A stretch of 64,000 bases of DNA. Origin: Paludibacteraceae bacterium. Its GTDB lineage: Bacteria > Bacteroidota > Bacteroidia > Bacteroidales > Paludibacteraceae. The DNA lies in assembly GCA_017478725.1 (NCBI GenBank), contig JAFVDD010000006.1, positions 1,169 through 65,168 of the forward strand, given 5' to 3'. Below the pieces are notes generated by a model. The model was not told where the DNA came from. It saw nothing but the letters and a program-made list of their open reading frames with translations, and searched no databases. Of the stretch, positions 55,252-63,684 are shown in pieces (position 1 is the first letter of the stretch; each line of letters begins with the position of its first letter). The translations under genes were made by a program, and so were the position numbers.

Positions 55252-57215
55252 AACCTGAACGTTGCTCCCACCAGGAAATTGATACCCTGGGAGGTGTAGC
55301 CGTAATAGATGTCGTTCTTGTAGTGAATGAAATTGTTCACTTGGGCAAAGAGCGTCAGGTTGGGCTTGGGCTCCGGGCGGAGCGGTAACTCCCCGCCCTC
55401 TGAGTGCTGATGGCTTACAGCTGAACGCTTACCTCCTACCCACATGTTATACTGCATGCCGAGATCCAACTCTACGGTAGGTTTGAGCAAGTGCTCGCCA
55501 TCCGTCGCCAGCGCCAGACGGCTGCCGGCAAAATGGTTGTCGGAATAGAGCGACCAGTGCTTGTCTATCTTCCCGTCCACGCGCAGGCCTAACTGCCAGT
55601 TGGCATGGTCATATACAGTGCGGCTGTTGTTGGCAAGAACATCGGTGAGTTCCGTGCAAGTGGAGGCGTACTGATAGCCGTTGTTCTCATAGCGCAGGGC
55701 ACGCCAGAAATAGTAGTCCCCGTACAGGTTGACGCGTACGATATCACGATAGTGGTAGTTGAACTGGGCTCCCACCTTTCCGCGGCTGTAGTCGCAATAG
55801 GTATAACTGAAATCGCCGGCATGCACAAAAGCATTGAACGCCGCTGGCATATAGCGTGCGCTGTCGGTCACGGCAATGAGGGTGGTGGTGTTCAGATAGA
55901 GAGCGTAGCCTCCGTGGAGCTCGATGAGCAGGTCGCGGTAGGGCCGTATATGGAAGCCCAGTTCGGCATCCACCGGCGTATGCGGCGCTGCGTGGTGGGA
56001 GATGATACCTGCATGGATAACACGGTAGCGGTTCTGCTCCATGAACGCCTGCAACGTACCCATGGCGTGGGAGCCGGTGGCGTCGGCATAGAGCGTGAGC
56101 CATTTCTTGGCTATCTGCGCCTCCAGATGCACATGAGGCGACGGGGCAAAACTGAGGTTGTTGACGCCGGAGAGGCTGTTCTGGCCGCGACCTATGTTCA
56201 TATCCAGATTGACGCCCACGTGGAGCTGCACGCGACGGCTGTTGTAGGCATAATAGGGTTCCAGACGGATATTATGGCGGCTGTTGTACATCGTGGAGGG
56301 AATAGTTGCCGCCAGATTGCCGTTCAGGCTGAGGAAATTGTTCTGCACATAGAGTACGGCTCCTACGTGGTGGAAATCACGGCTCCAGTCGAACGACGCA
56401 TGTGTACGTATCTGGTGCTCGGCTACGGCATTGGGTTTGGCAAAGAGCATATAGCCTGTCTGCACGCGGTACTGCACCTCCTGTTTGGCGTTGGAGCGGA
56501 CACCTATATAGGCCTCTGCGGTCCAGAGGGAGGTCTGGTCGGCAGGGGTGATAGTGCGCGGCTCGGGATAGAGCGTTTTGGTGCGATCCCATGCGCCGGC
56601 ACTGCCTTGTGCGTAGTCGTAGAAACGGCCGTATTTGTTGTAGAACACATTGCCGCCGTTGATGCCGAAATAGACGCTGCAAGCGGAGAACGGGTGGGAG
56701 AAATCAAAACCGAGCTTGGTTTTGCTGAGTGCTCTGAGTCCCCATTGGGCACGATGATGGGCATACACGTCCAGTATGGAGCGTTTGCCGTCGTCCAGAC
56801 GGTAGCCGAAATCAAAGAGCGTGTTCGTGTGTCCCAGTCCGCCGCGTACGTAGCCGTTGTAGGACTGGCCTTCGCCGAATCGTGTGGGCTGAGAGAGCAG
56901 TGGCTGCAAGCCGGTTTCTGTTTTCACCTCTACGGCATAGTTGGAATAGCTGACCTCAACCGGCTCAATAGTTGTTTCCACGATAGCGGGTTTGGTAGCC
57001 ACCTTGCCGGCTGCCCGGATGACAGGCTGGAAATCACGCTCTACCGTCACGGAGCGGTTGAGTGCACTGTCGCTCTGCGCCGAAGCAGGAGTAAGGAATA
57101 AGGACAATGGAATAAGGACAAAAATGTATCGGCTGATAGTATTCGCTCTTTTGTCTTTCAGCGAAGCGGTCTTTATTCTTTCAGCGAAGCGGTCTGTATT
57201 ACTCGTCATCATCAT
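55248..57215 (-). CDS. large outer-membrane beta-barrel protein (putative porin-like; no TonB plug recognised)
   Basis: 655 aa with a signal peptide ending PASAQS, alternating aromatic/Gly-rich strands throughout, and the C-terminal OMP signature GATFRF. It overlaps the upstream TPR gene by 17 nt. Confidence 0.65.
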   Translation of the reverse strand: MMMTSNTDRFAERIKTASLKDKRANTISRYIFVLIPLSLFLTPASAQSDSALNRSVTVERDFQPVIRAAGKVATKPAIVETTIEPVEVSYSNYAVEVKTETGLQPLLSQPTRFGEGQSYNGYVRGGLGHTNTLFDFGYRLDDGKRSILDVYAHHRAQWGLRALSKTKLGFDFSHPFSACSVYFGINGGNVFYNKYGRFYDYAQGSAGAWDRTKTLYPEPRTITPADQTSLWTAEAYIGVRSNAKQEVQYRVQTGYMLFAKPNAVAEHQIRTHASFDWSRDFHHVGAVLYVQNNFLSLNGNLAATIPSTMYNSRHNIRLEPYYAYNSRRVQLHVGVNLDMNIGRGQNSLSGVNNLSFAPSPHVHLEAQIAKKWLTLYADATGSHAMGTLQAFMEQNRYRVIHAGIISHHAAPHTPVDAELGFHIRPYRDLLIELHGGYALYLNTTTLIAVTDSARYMPAAFNAFVHAGDFSYTYCDYSRGKVGAQFNYHYRDIVRVNLYGDYYFWRALRYENNGYQYASTCTELTDVLANNSRTVYDHANWQLGLRVDGKIDKHWSLYSDNHFAGSRLALATDGEHLLKPTVELDLGMQYNMWVGGKRSAVSHQHSEGGELPLRPEPKPNLTLFAQVNNFIHYKNDIYYGYTSQGINFLVGATFRF

Positions 57216-60174
57216 TTACCTCCTTTTCTGCGGGTTGTTCTATCTTGTCCAGTTTGGCGAGACGGTCGCTGATGAGTGCGGGTATATCATCGCCGGTGAT
57301 GGTGTAGTTCTGCTGTAGTGCGAGCAGGTACTGGCGCGCCTGGAATGTCTCGCCGCGGCGGGTGTATATATCGCTCAGCAGGATGAGTGCGCGTGCGAGC
57401 CAGTATTGCTGGCTGGTGCTCATGCCGGTGAACGACATCACCTCTGCTTCCGCCTCGTCAAGCTGACCTGACTCAAACCGGCTTTGTGCCAGCAGGTATT
57501 TGGCTTCGGCGCCCTGCGCTGTGCGTACCTCGCTGGACAGCTGTTTGAGGTCCGGCTGGGCTTTCTCCCATTCGCCTTGAGCCGTATAGGCTTTGGCGCG
57601 GCAGTAGAGCGCTTCGTTGCGCACTGCCTCGTCCGGCTGGTCGTTCAGCAGTTGGCCGGCTATGTCGATAGTAGCCGTATGGCGTCCCAGCAGTGATGAG
57701 CAGCGCAGGATACCTACGCGGGCCACGATACTGTTCTCGCGGGTGGACGCCAGTGCGTTCATGCGATAGAAAGCCTCCAGCGCCGCTGCGTAGTCTCCGC
57801 GGTCGTAGTAGATCTCTGCCATACGTGTGGCTGCTTCCTCCTGATAGGGATTGGCTGCGAGATCAGCCAGCTGGCTGTATTGCTCCAATGCTTCCGCATT
57901 TCTGCCCAGGCGGTAATACGAGTCGGCAAGATAGTAGAGAGCCGTGGTGCAGTATCTGCCTCCGGCACAGTAACGCCGTATATATTCGCTCAGCGGCTCC
58001 GTGGCTTTCTGATATGCCGCCTGCATATACTGCATCTCTGCGGCGGCAAAGAGCAGGCTGTCCTCGCGTGTAGTGACGGTCATATTCAGTTTGGCGAGAT
58101 TCTTGGTATAGGCGAGGTACTCGTCTATACGGTTTTGCTCCACATACAGGGCCTGCAGGGTCTCCAGCGCCGTGTAGGCCTCCTCTGTAGCCGGATATTT
58201 CTCTATGGTCTGGCGGTAGGCGGCTATAGCCTGGTCGGTCTGGTTGAGGTTGCGGTAGAGCATTGCGCGCTCCAGCGAGGCCTTGCGGGCAAGGGCGGAG
58301 TGGGGATAGGTGTTGAGCAGTTGCTCATAGGTGGTGATAGCTCCGCGCTCGTCGTTGAGCTGAAGTTGCGCACGCGCTGTCTCATACATACCGTCGTCGG
58401 CATAGTCGGATTTGGGATAACGGGTGGTCAGGGTGCGCAGCGCTGCTATCTTGTCGTTGTATTGGCGCAGCAGACCCAGTGCATAGCCGCGCTGGAAGAG
58501 CGCATAGTCGGCTCCTACGGCCTGGAGGTTGCTTACCTGGGTGTAATAGCTGATAGCCTGTTTGAAATCACGGGCGTTGAAATAGCAATCGCCTATACGG
58601 TTGAGCGCATCGGCATAAGTGGCATCGCCCGTATCGGCTCCGTCTATATAGGTGGTGAAAGCTGTGCGTGCCTGATCGTAATGGTTTTGCGAGAAAGCGC
58701 AGTAGCCTTCCAGGTAGCGCGCTATCCGGTAGTTGGCCGATTGCTTGGCGTCATGGCGGGCGAAGAAGGACTGCAGGTCGCTCTCGCATGCGCTGTAGTC
58801 ACGCAGACGGTATTCCGCTTCGGCACGTATATAGAGTGCCTCGGTGGTGTAGCGGTCGCTCTCGTTACGGTGGCTGACCACTTCGCCTGCGCGGTCAATA
58901 GCCTGCTGCATCTTGCCTTGCAGAAATCCGTCGGCTGCCAGTTGGTAGCGCAGATACTGCTTGGTCTCCAGCATCTTGGGAGTGGGGTCGGAGATACTGT
59001 CCAGCGTGGCAATGGCTGCAGCGTAGTTCTTGCTTTGCATCAGCGCCGAACTCAGCAACTGGTAGATATTGCTCTCGTATTTGGAATCAGGAAAAGCATG
59101 CAGGAAATCATTGAACGCCTTGACCGACTCGCCCAAAGCCGACGAAGAACGATAGGAGCAGAGGGTGTAGTTGTAGGCAGCCTCCTCGGTGATAGCAGGC
59201 GTGAGGCGGTAGCTGGCGGCAGCCTGATACCACAGCTGTGCCTGCTCGGGTTGGTTCATATGGATATAGGCATGACCGATGGTCAGGCAGGCCGACTCGC
59301 TCAGCGTGTCCGGCTGCTGTTTGATCAGTTTCAAATGGCGGATGGCGTCCGGATAGCGGTTCAGTCTGTACTCGGCATGACCGAGCAGGTACAGGTCCTC
59401 GCGCCGCAACTCCTCCTTGCGCTCCTGAGCGTCCTGTTCGTATTGCTGCAACTGCTCAGCCGCCTCTTCGTAGCGCCCGTCGCGATAGCGTATCTCGCCC
59501 AGCATACGGTGCAGCTCGCCGGATAAATCATTGTCCGGCTGGGTGCGCAGCAGCATGACAATACGCTCCTCCGCCTCATCATAGCGTCCCTGGATATAGT
59601 CGGTCTGCGCGATGAAATAGGGCACAGTCTTGGCGTATTCGGGCATCTGCTCCAGACGCTTGAGTGAAGGCAAAGCCTTGTCGTACTCGCCCGTTTTGTA
59701 CATACAATAGGCGTAGTAATAGTCGGCGCGGGTGGAATAGCGGTTGTCGGATTTGGACAGATGACCGAAATAGATAGCCGCCCGCCCGTAGTCCTGCAGC
59801 ATCAGATAGGAGTAGCCGCGATAGAAGGAATAGTCGTGCTGGTGAGCCCGTCCGAGTGCGCTGATGTCAATAGGCTCCAGTACCTTGAGGGCTTGTTTGT
59901 AATGACCGCGCTCTACCTGCAGTATTCCCTGCATCAGATTGACTTCGTCGGCAAACGTGGTGTAGGGAAACTCCTGCATATAGGCCTTCAAATCGCGCTG
60001 GAGCACCGAGGTGTTGCCGCTACGGCTGTCAAAACGCTCTGCCAGTGCGTTGTAGCGCACTTCCATCTCCGTCGTCTGCGCGAAAGCTCCGCTTAATGGC
60101 AAAAGATAAAAGACAATCGACAGGACGATATGACGACATGTCGATATGTCGAAAAACTTAGTTAGTAATGTCAT
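57199..60174 (-). CDS. 991-aa secreted multi-TPR protein (YbgF/CpoB-like repeats)
   Basis: A signal peptide is followed by TPR-type A..Y.....Y..A periodicity along the whole length. Its ATG overlaps the potD stop (ATGA at 60171-60174). Confidence 0.7.
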   Translation of the reverse strand: MTLLTKFFDISTCRHIVLSIVFYLLPLSGAFAQTTEMEVRYNALAERFDSRSGNTSVLQRDLKAYMQEFPYTTFADEVNLMQGILQVERGHYKQALKVLEPIDISALGRAHQHDYSFYRGYSYLMLQDYGRAAIYFGHLSKSDNRYSTRADYYYAYCMYKTGEYDKALPSLKRLEQMPEYAKTVPYFIAQTDYIQGRYDEAEERIVMLLRTQPDNDLSGELHRMLGEIRYRDGRYEEAAEQLQQYEQDAQERKEELRREDLYLLGHAEYRLNRYPDAIRHLKLIKQQPDTLSESACLTIGHAYIHMNQPEQAQLWYQAAASYRLTPAITEEAAYNYTLCSYRSSSALGESVKAFNDFLHAFPDSKYESNIYQLLSSALMQSKNYAAAIATLDSISDPTPKMLETKQYLRYQLAADGFLQGKMQQAIDRAGEVVSHRNESDRYTTEALYIRAEAEYRLRDYSACESDLQSFFARHDAKQSANYRIARYLEGYCAFSQNHYDQARTAFTTYIDGADTGDATYADALNRIGDCYFNARDFKQAISYYTQVSNLQAVGADYALFQRGYALGLLRQYNDKIAALRTLTTRYPKSDYADDGMYETARAQLQLNDERGAITTYEQLLNTYPHSALARKASLERAMLYRNLNQTDQAIAAYRQTIEKYPATEEAYTALETLQALYVEQNRIDEYLAYTKNLAKLNMTVTTREDSLLFAAAEMQYMQAAYQKATEPLSEYIRRYCAGGRYCTTALYYLADSYYRLGRNAEALEQYSQLADLAANPYQEEAATRMAEIYYDRGDYAAALEAFYRMNALASTRENSIVARVGILRCSSLLGRHTATIDIAGQLLNDQPDEAVRNEALYCRAKAYTAQGEWEKAQPDLKQLSSEVRTAQGAEAKYLLAQSRFESGQLDEAEAEVMSFTGMSTSQQYWLARALILLSDIYTRRGETFQARQYLLALQQNYTITGDDIPALISDRLAKLDKIEQPAEKEVNDDDE
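60118..60157. repeat. period-8 array, CGACATGN family (5 units), inside the 5' end of the TPR gene
   Basis: The units read cgacagga cgatatga cgacatgt cgatatgt cgaaaaac. They are translated as FFDISTCRHIVLS. Confidence 0.9.
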
Positions 60175-61418
60175 CTTGCAAGTTTGATTTCATTCCACAT
60201 CTCCAGCAGCATCTCCTGGCTCTCGCCGGCGTCGTGCATGAGGGCGCAGCGGTCAATAGTGCTCTTGTCGGCATAATAGACCGGATTGAGGTGCAGCGCA
60301 TGCGGATCAAGCATCTCTCCCTCTACCTCAATCGGCTCCTCGCCGAAGAAATAGCTGGCATCCACACTCTCCGGCCACTCCTCCTCGTCGTTTTGCTCCT
60401 CCAGAATAGTAGCGGCGGCATTGACACCTCCGGCGCAGGAAACATAGCCGATCTCGTTCATGTTAGCCAATGCGTTGTCGGCGCGGCACATATAGTCGAT
60501 GAAATAGGTGGCGGCTTTGGTGTTCTTCGCATATTTGGGAATTACCCAGCCGTCAAACCACACGTTAGAACCCTCCTCAGGTACGATGTAATCGAGCAGC
60601 ACGCCTACTTCGGCAGCCTCTTCAATCGCAAACTGTGCGTCGCCCGACCAGCTCAGGTTCATCCATGCCTTGCCTTTGGTCATCTCCTCTTTGCCAAAGT
60701 CAACCTCCCATCCGCATATCTGTTTCTTGGCTTTCAGGAGCACTTGTTTCACAGCCTCGACGCGCTCGGGAGTGATGTCGCGCACCAGTTCCTCGCGGGT
60801 CACTTTGCCTGCGGCAATCTGGTCTTTGAACGTATAGAGAACAAGCACCGAATACACATCGCGGAAAGCGTCCTTCATGAGTACGCGGTTCTCAAACTTG
60901 GGATTGAGAATAGCTCCCCATGTTCGCAGGTCCTCGCGGTTGACGTACTGCGGGTTGTAGATAAAACCTGTGGTGCCCCACATATAGCCGGCAGTGTAGT
61001 CCTTCACTTGGATGTCAGCGCTCGGCGCCATCTGCTGGAACTGATTTACTACATACGGCGCGATGTTGTCGAAATACCAAATGCTGTCGGGAATCAGGTC
61101 TTTCCGGATGGGTTGGATAAGGCCTTTTTTCAGCATACGCTCGATGATGTACTCCGACGGGCAGAATACGTCGTAGTCCTCATGACCGATCTCAATCTTG
61201 GTAAGGGCGGTCTCGTTGATATCAAAAGTCTCATAAACGAGTTGCACTTTCTCGCCTGTTTGGTCGAAATACCATGATTCGAAGTTCTCCTTGACGTCCT
61301 CGTCTATATAGTCCGCCCAGTTGAGCACTTTGAGTTGGTGTGCACGGTCAGCACCGCCGCAGGAAATCATGAGAAATACAAAGGTTGAAAGTACAAAGTA
61401 CAAAGAGATTTTTTTCAT
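60171..61418 (-). CDS. potD: spermidine/putrescine ABC transporter substrate-binding lipoprotein
   Basis: 415 aa with lipobox MISC and a PotD/PotF-type solute-binding fold (LKVLNWADYID, FCPSEY). Confidence 0.8.
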   Translation of the reverse strand: MKKISLYFVLSTFVFLMISCGGADRAHQLKVLNWADYIDEDVKENFESWYFDQTGEKVQLVYETFDINETALTKIEIGHEDYDVFCPSEYIIERMLKKGLIQPIRKDLIPDSIWYFDNIAPYVVNQFQQMAPSADIQVKDYTAGYMWGTTGFIYNPQYVNREDLRTWGAILNPKFENRVLMKDAFRDVYSVLVLYTFKDQIAAGKVTREELVRDITPERVEAVKQVLLKAKKQICGWEVDFGKEEMTKGKAWMNLSWSGDAQFAIEEAAEVGVLLDYIVPEEGSNVWFDGWVIPKYAKNTKAATYFIDYMCRADNALANMNEIGYVSCAGGVNAAATILEEQNDEEEWPESVDASYFFGEEPIEVEGEMLDPHALHLNPVYYADKSTIDRCALMHDAGESQEMLLEMWNEIKLAR

Positions 61419-61450
61419 TGCAGTAAATTATTTATTGTTTTTGTTTTGTT

Positions 61451-61497
61451 TTATCTGTTATCTGGTTATCCGGAATTCTGGAAATCCGGCATTCTAA
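61451..61497. repeat. period-8 array, ATTTCCGG family (6 units)
   Basis: The units read ttatctg ttatctgg ttatccgg aattctgg aaatccgg cattctaa. The last unit contains the potC stop codon (61494-61496). Confidence 0.85.
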
Positions 61498-62849
61498 TTC
61501 TTCTTATCCTTGTCTGCTCTTATATTGATGACGATGAGCACGGTCAGCATAACGAGCAGAATGATGGTGAATAGCGGCCTCAGTTCGGGCGTCAGACCTC
61601 CCTTGCGGGCATCGGAATAGATGAAGGTACTCAGCGTCTCCAGTCCGCCGCTGCCTTTGGTGAAGAAGGTCACGCCGAAATCATCTACCGAGAGTGTCAG
61701 TGCGAGTATGAATCCTGATAGCATACCCGGCCACAACTCCGGCAGCATCACCATCCTGAGCGCTTGCGCAGGTGTGGCGCCGAGGTCCAGTGCCGCCTCG
61801 TAGGTATTGGGGTTCATCTTGCTGAGCCGCGGCAGTACGCTGAGTACAACGTACGGCGTACAGAATACCACATGCGCAATACATACGGTCGCCAATCCCT
61901 GGCTCATACCCAATGCTACGAATAGCAGGAAGAGTGATATACCCGTAATGATATCCGGATTGATCATCGGCACGGAGTTGAGGAAACTGACTACTTTGCG
62001 CTGACGGGCACGCATGTTATAGATGCCTATCGCCGCCAATGTACCCAAGAGGGTGGAGCAGACCGCCGCAATGAGGGCGATGACTACGGTGTACCAGATG
62101 GCACTGTTGAGACCCGCACCGGCATGACCGGTAAAGAGATTGGCATACAGGTTCATGGAAAATCCTGTCCAGTTGCCCAGCACCTTGCTTTCCGTGAACG
62201 AGAATACGGCAATCAGGGCGATAGGTGCGTACAGCACAATGAGCAGCAGCCATAGATACAGCTGCGAACCTATATGTCTCCGGTTGCCCATCCGCTTGCG
62301 TCGTAGTGTCTCCTGTTCTACGGCCGGCAACTCACGCTCTTTCCTGCGACGGCGGACCACCATGCCAGCATACACGATACCCGTTGCCAGCAGCAGGCCG
62401 GAGAACACAAACCATATCCAGCCGTAGCTGCGGCTGACGGATGTCTGTTCGCGGACGTACTGCTCAAACACGTCATAGGCGTTCTGTACCAAAACGCGCT
62501 TCGTACGGTTGCGAGGGATGGCATTTGTCCTCCATACTACCCATTCGCAGTTGTTCTCGTCGGTGTAACTATAGATACTGTCGCACCATGTACCCAACTC
62601 GTCTATGGGCCTGTTGGCAAATACATAGTCCAGCGAGTCCTGAAAGCGGAAAGCCGATTGCTGAATGCGGATATTCACTTTCTCCGCCGCATATGTATCG
62701 GGAAACTCGTCCAGCAATGTGACGGTCCCCGTTGCAGCTACCTTCAGTTCGTACGTCAGGTTCGACTGGGCAGAAGCACTCAAGCTGAGCAATATTACTA
62801 TCGACATGACGACATGACGACATGACGATATGTCGAAAAATCTTTTCAT
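61494..62849 (-). CDS. potC: ABC transporter permease PotC fused to a 186-aa N-terminal signal-peptide + extracytoplasmic domain + TM segment
   Basis: 451-aa ORF. Residues 187-451 (ATG at 62289-62291) form a normal-length PotC with a binding-protein-dependent permease core. Residues 1-186 have no stop separating them from PotC. The ATG at 62847-62849 overlaps the potB stop (ATGA). Confidence 0.75.
   Translation of the reverse strand: MKRFFDISSCRHVVMSIVILLSLSASAQSNLTYELKVAATGTVTLLDEFPDTYAAEKVNIRIQQSAFRFQDSLDYVFANRPIDELGTWCDSIYSYTDENNCEWVVWRTNAIPRNRTKRVLVQNAYDVFEQYVREQTSVSRSYGWIWFVFSGLLLATGIVYAGMVVRRRRKERELPAVEQETLRRKRMGNRRHIGSQLYLWLLLIVLYAPIALIAVFSFTESKVLGNWTGFSMNLYANLFTGHAGAGLNSAIWYTVVIALIAAVCSTLLGTLAAIGIYNMRARQRKVVSFLNSVPMINPDIITGISLFLLFVALGMSQGLATVCIAHVVFCTPYVVLSVLPRLSKMNPNTYEAALDLGATPAQALRMVMLPELWPGMLSGFILALTLSVDDFGVTFFTKGSGGLETLSTFIYSDARKGGLTPELRPLFTIILLVMLTVLIVINIRADKDKKN
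62802..62841. repeat. period-8 array, CGACATGN family (5 units), inside the 5' end of the potC fusion ORF
   Basis: The units read cgacatga cgacatga cgacatga cgatatgt cgaaaaat. They are translated as FFDISSCRHVVMS. Confidence 0.9.
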
Positions 62850-63640
62850 ACCAGTCCTCCTTTCTCTCCTCCTGAGTCGTGGTCGCCGAAGAACGACGTC
62901 AGACCGATAATCACGAGCAGTACGAGGCTGAGCACAGCTCCGTAGTTGAGCAGGTCGGTCGTGGTGATGTAGTCCTGAATGAGCGAGCCGAACAGTTTGA
63001 TGTTGTTATGCGTCAGCAGTTCGGCTATAGCGAATGTGCTGACGGTAGGCATGAATACCATAACAATGCCGCTGTAAATACCCGGCATCGAGAGAGGGAC
63101 AATCACTTTCCAAAAACTCTGTGCGCGGTTGGCGCCCAGATCCTGGGCCGCCTCGATGAGCGAGGTGTCCATTTTTTGGAGGGTGTTGTAGATAGGATAA
63201 ATCATAAACGGCAGGTAGTCGTAGCAAAGGCCGAAAAGCAGTGCGCCTTCGCCAAGCGGCAAGCCGAACATATTGAAAAGTTCTACCGTAGCTACCGTGC
63301 GGAGCAGAAAATTGATCCACATCGGCAGAATAAAGAGCATCGCCATCACCTTGGGCGTACGGAAATCCTCCATCGCCATGATATAGGCGGCGGGATAACC
63401 GATCAGCAGACAGATGAGGGTGTTGAATACAGCTATCATGACCGAGTAGAGAAAGGTCTGGATAGCTTCGCTATGGGTGAAGAACTTCGCGAAATTGCGG
63501 AGCGTGAAGGTGCCGTTGATATCCGTCAGGGCATAGTAGCCCACCAATATCAGCGGCAGCACGACAAATAGCAGCATGAACAGGATATACGGCCATGCCC
63601 ATGTCCGCCGCGAAGATACTATTTGAATCAACTTACTCAT
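62846..63640 (-). CDS. potB: spermidine/putrescine ABC transporter permease PotB
   Basis: 264 aa with 6 TM helices and an EAA-type loop (IEAAQDLGANRAQSFWKVIVP). Confidence 0.85.
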   Translation of the reverse strand: MSKLIQIVSSRRTWAWPYILFMLLFVVLPLILVGYYALTDINGTFTLRNFAKFFTHSEAIQTFLYSVMIAVFNTLICLLIGYPAAYIMAMEDFRTPKVMAMLFILPMWINFLLRTVATVELFNMFGLPLGEGALLFGLCYDYLPFMIYPIYNTLQKMDTSLIEAAQDLGANRAQSFWKVIVPLSMPGIYSGIVMVFMPTVSTFAIAELLTHNNIKLFGSLIQDYITTTDLLNYGAVLSLVLLVIIGLTSFFGDHDSGGEKGGLV

Positions 63641-63654
63641 TGTTGTTCTGGTTT

Positions 63655-63684
63655 TCTAGTTGACTAATTGGCTAGTCGGCTAGT
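63655..63684. repeat. period-8 CTAG array (CTAG, CTAA, CTAG, CTAG)
   Basis: CTAG occurs at 63656, 63672 and 63680, and CTAA at 63664. The CTAG at 63672 supplies the potA stop, so PotA ends ...KLAD encoded by the array. Confidence 0.9.

Noticed and set aside
55248-57215. A TonB-dependent receptor / SusC call for the 655-aa OMP.
   Set aside because: I saw no TonB box, plug-domain motifs or carboxypeptidase-like N-terminal domain, and no SusD-like gene follows. It is called only as a porin-like beta-barrel.
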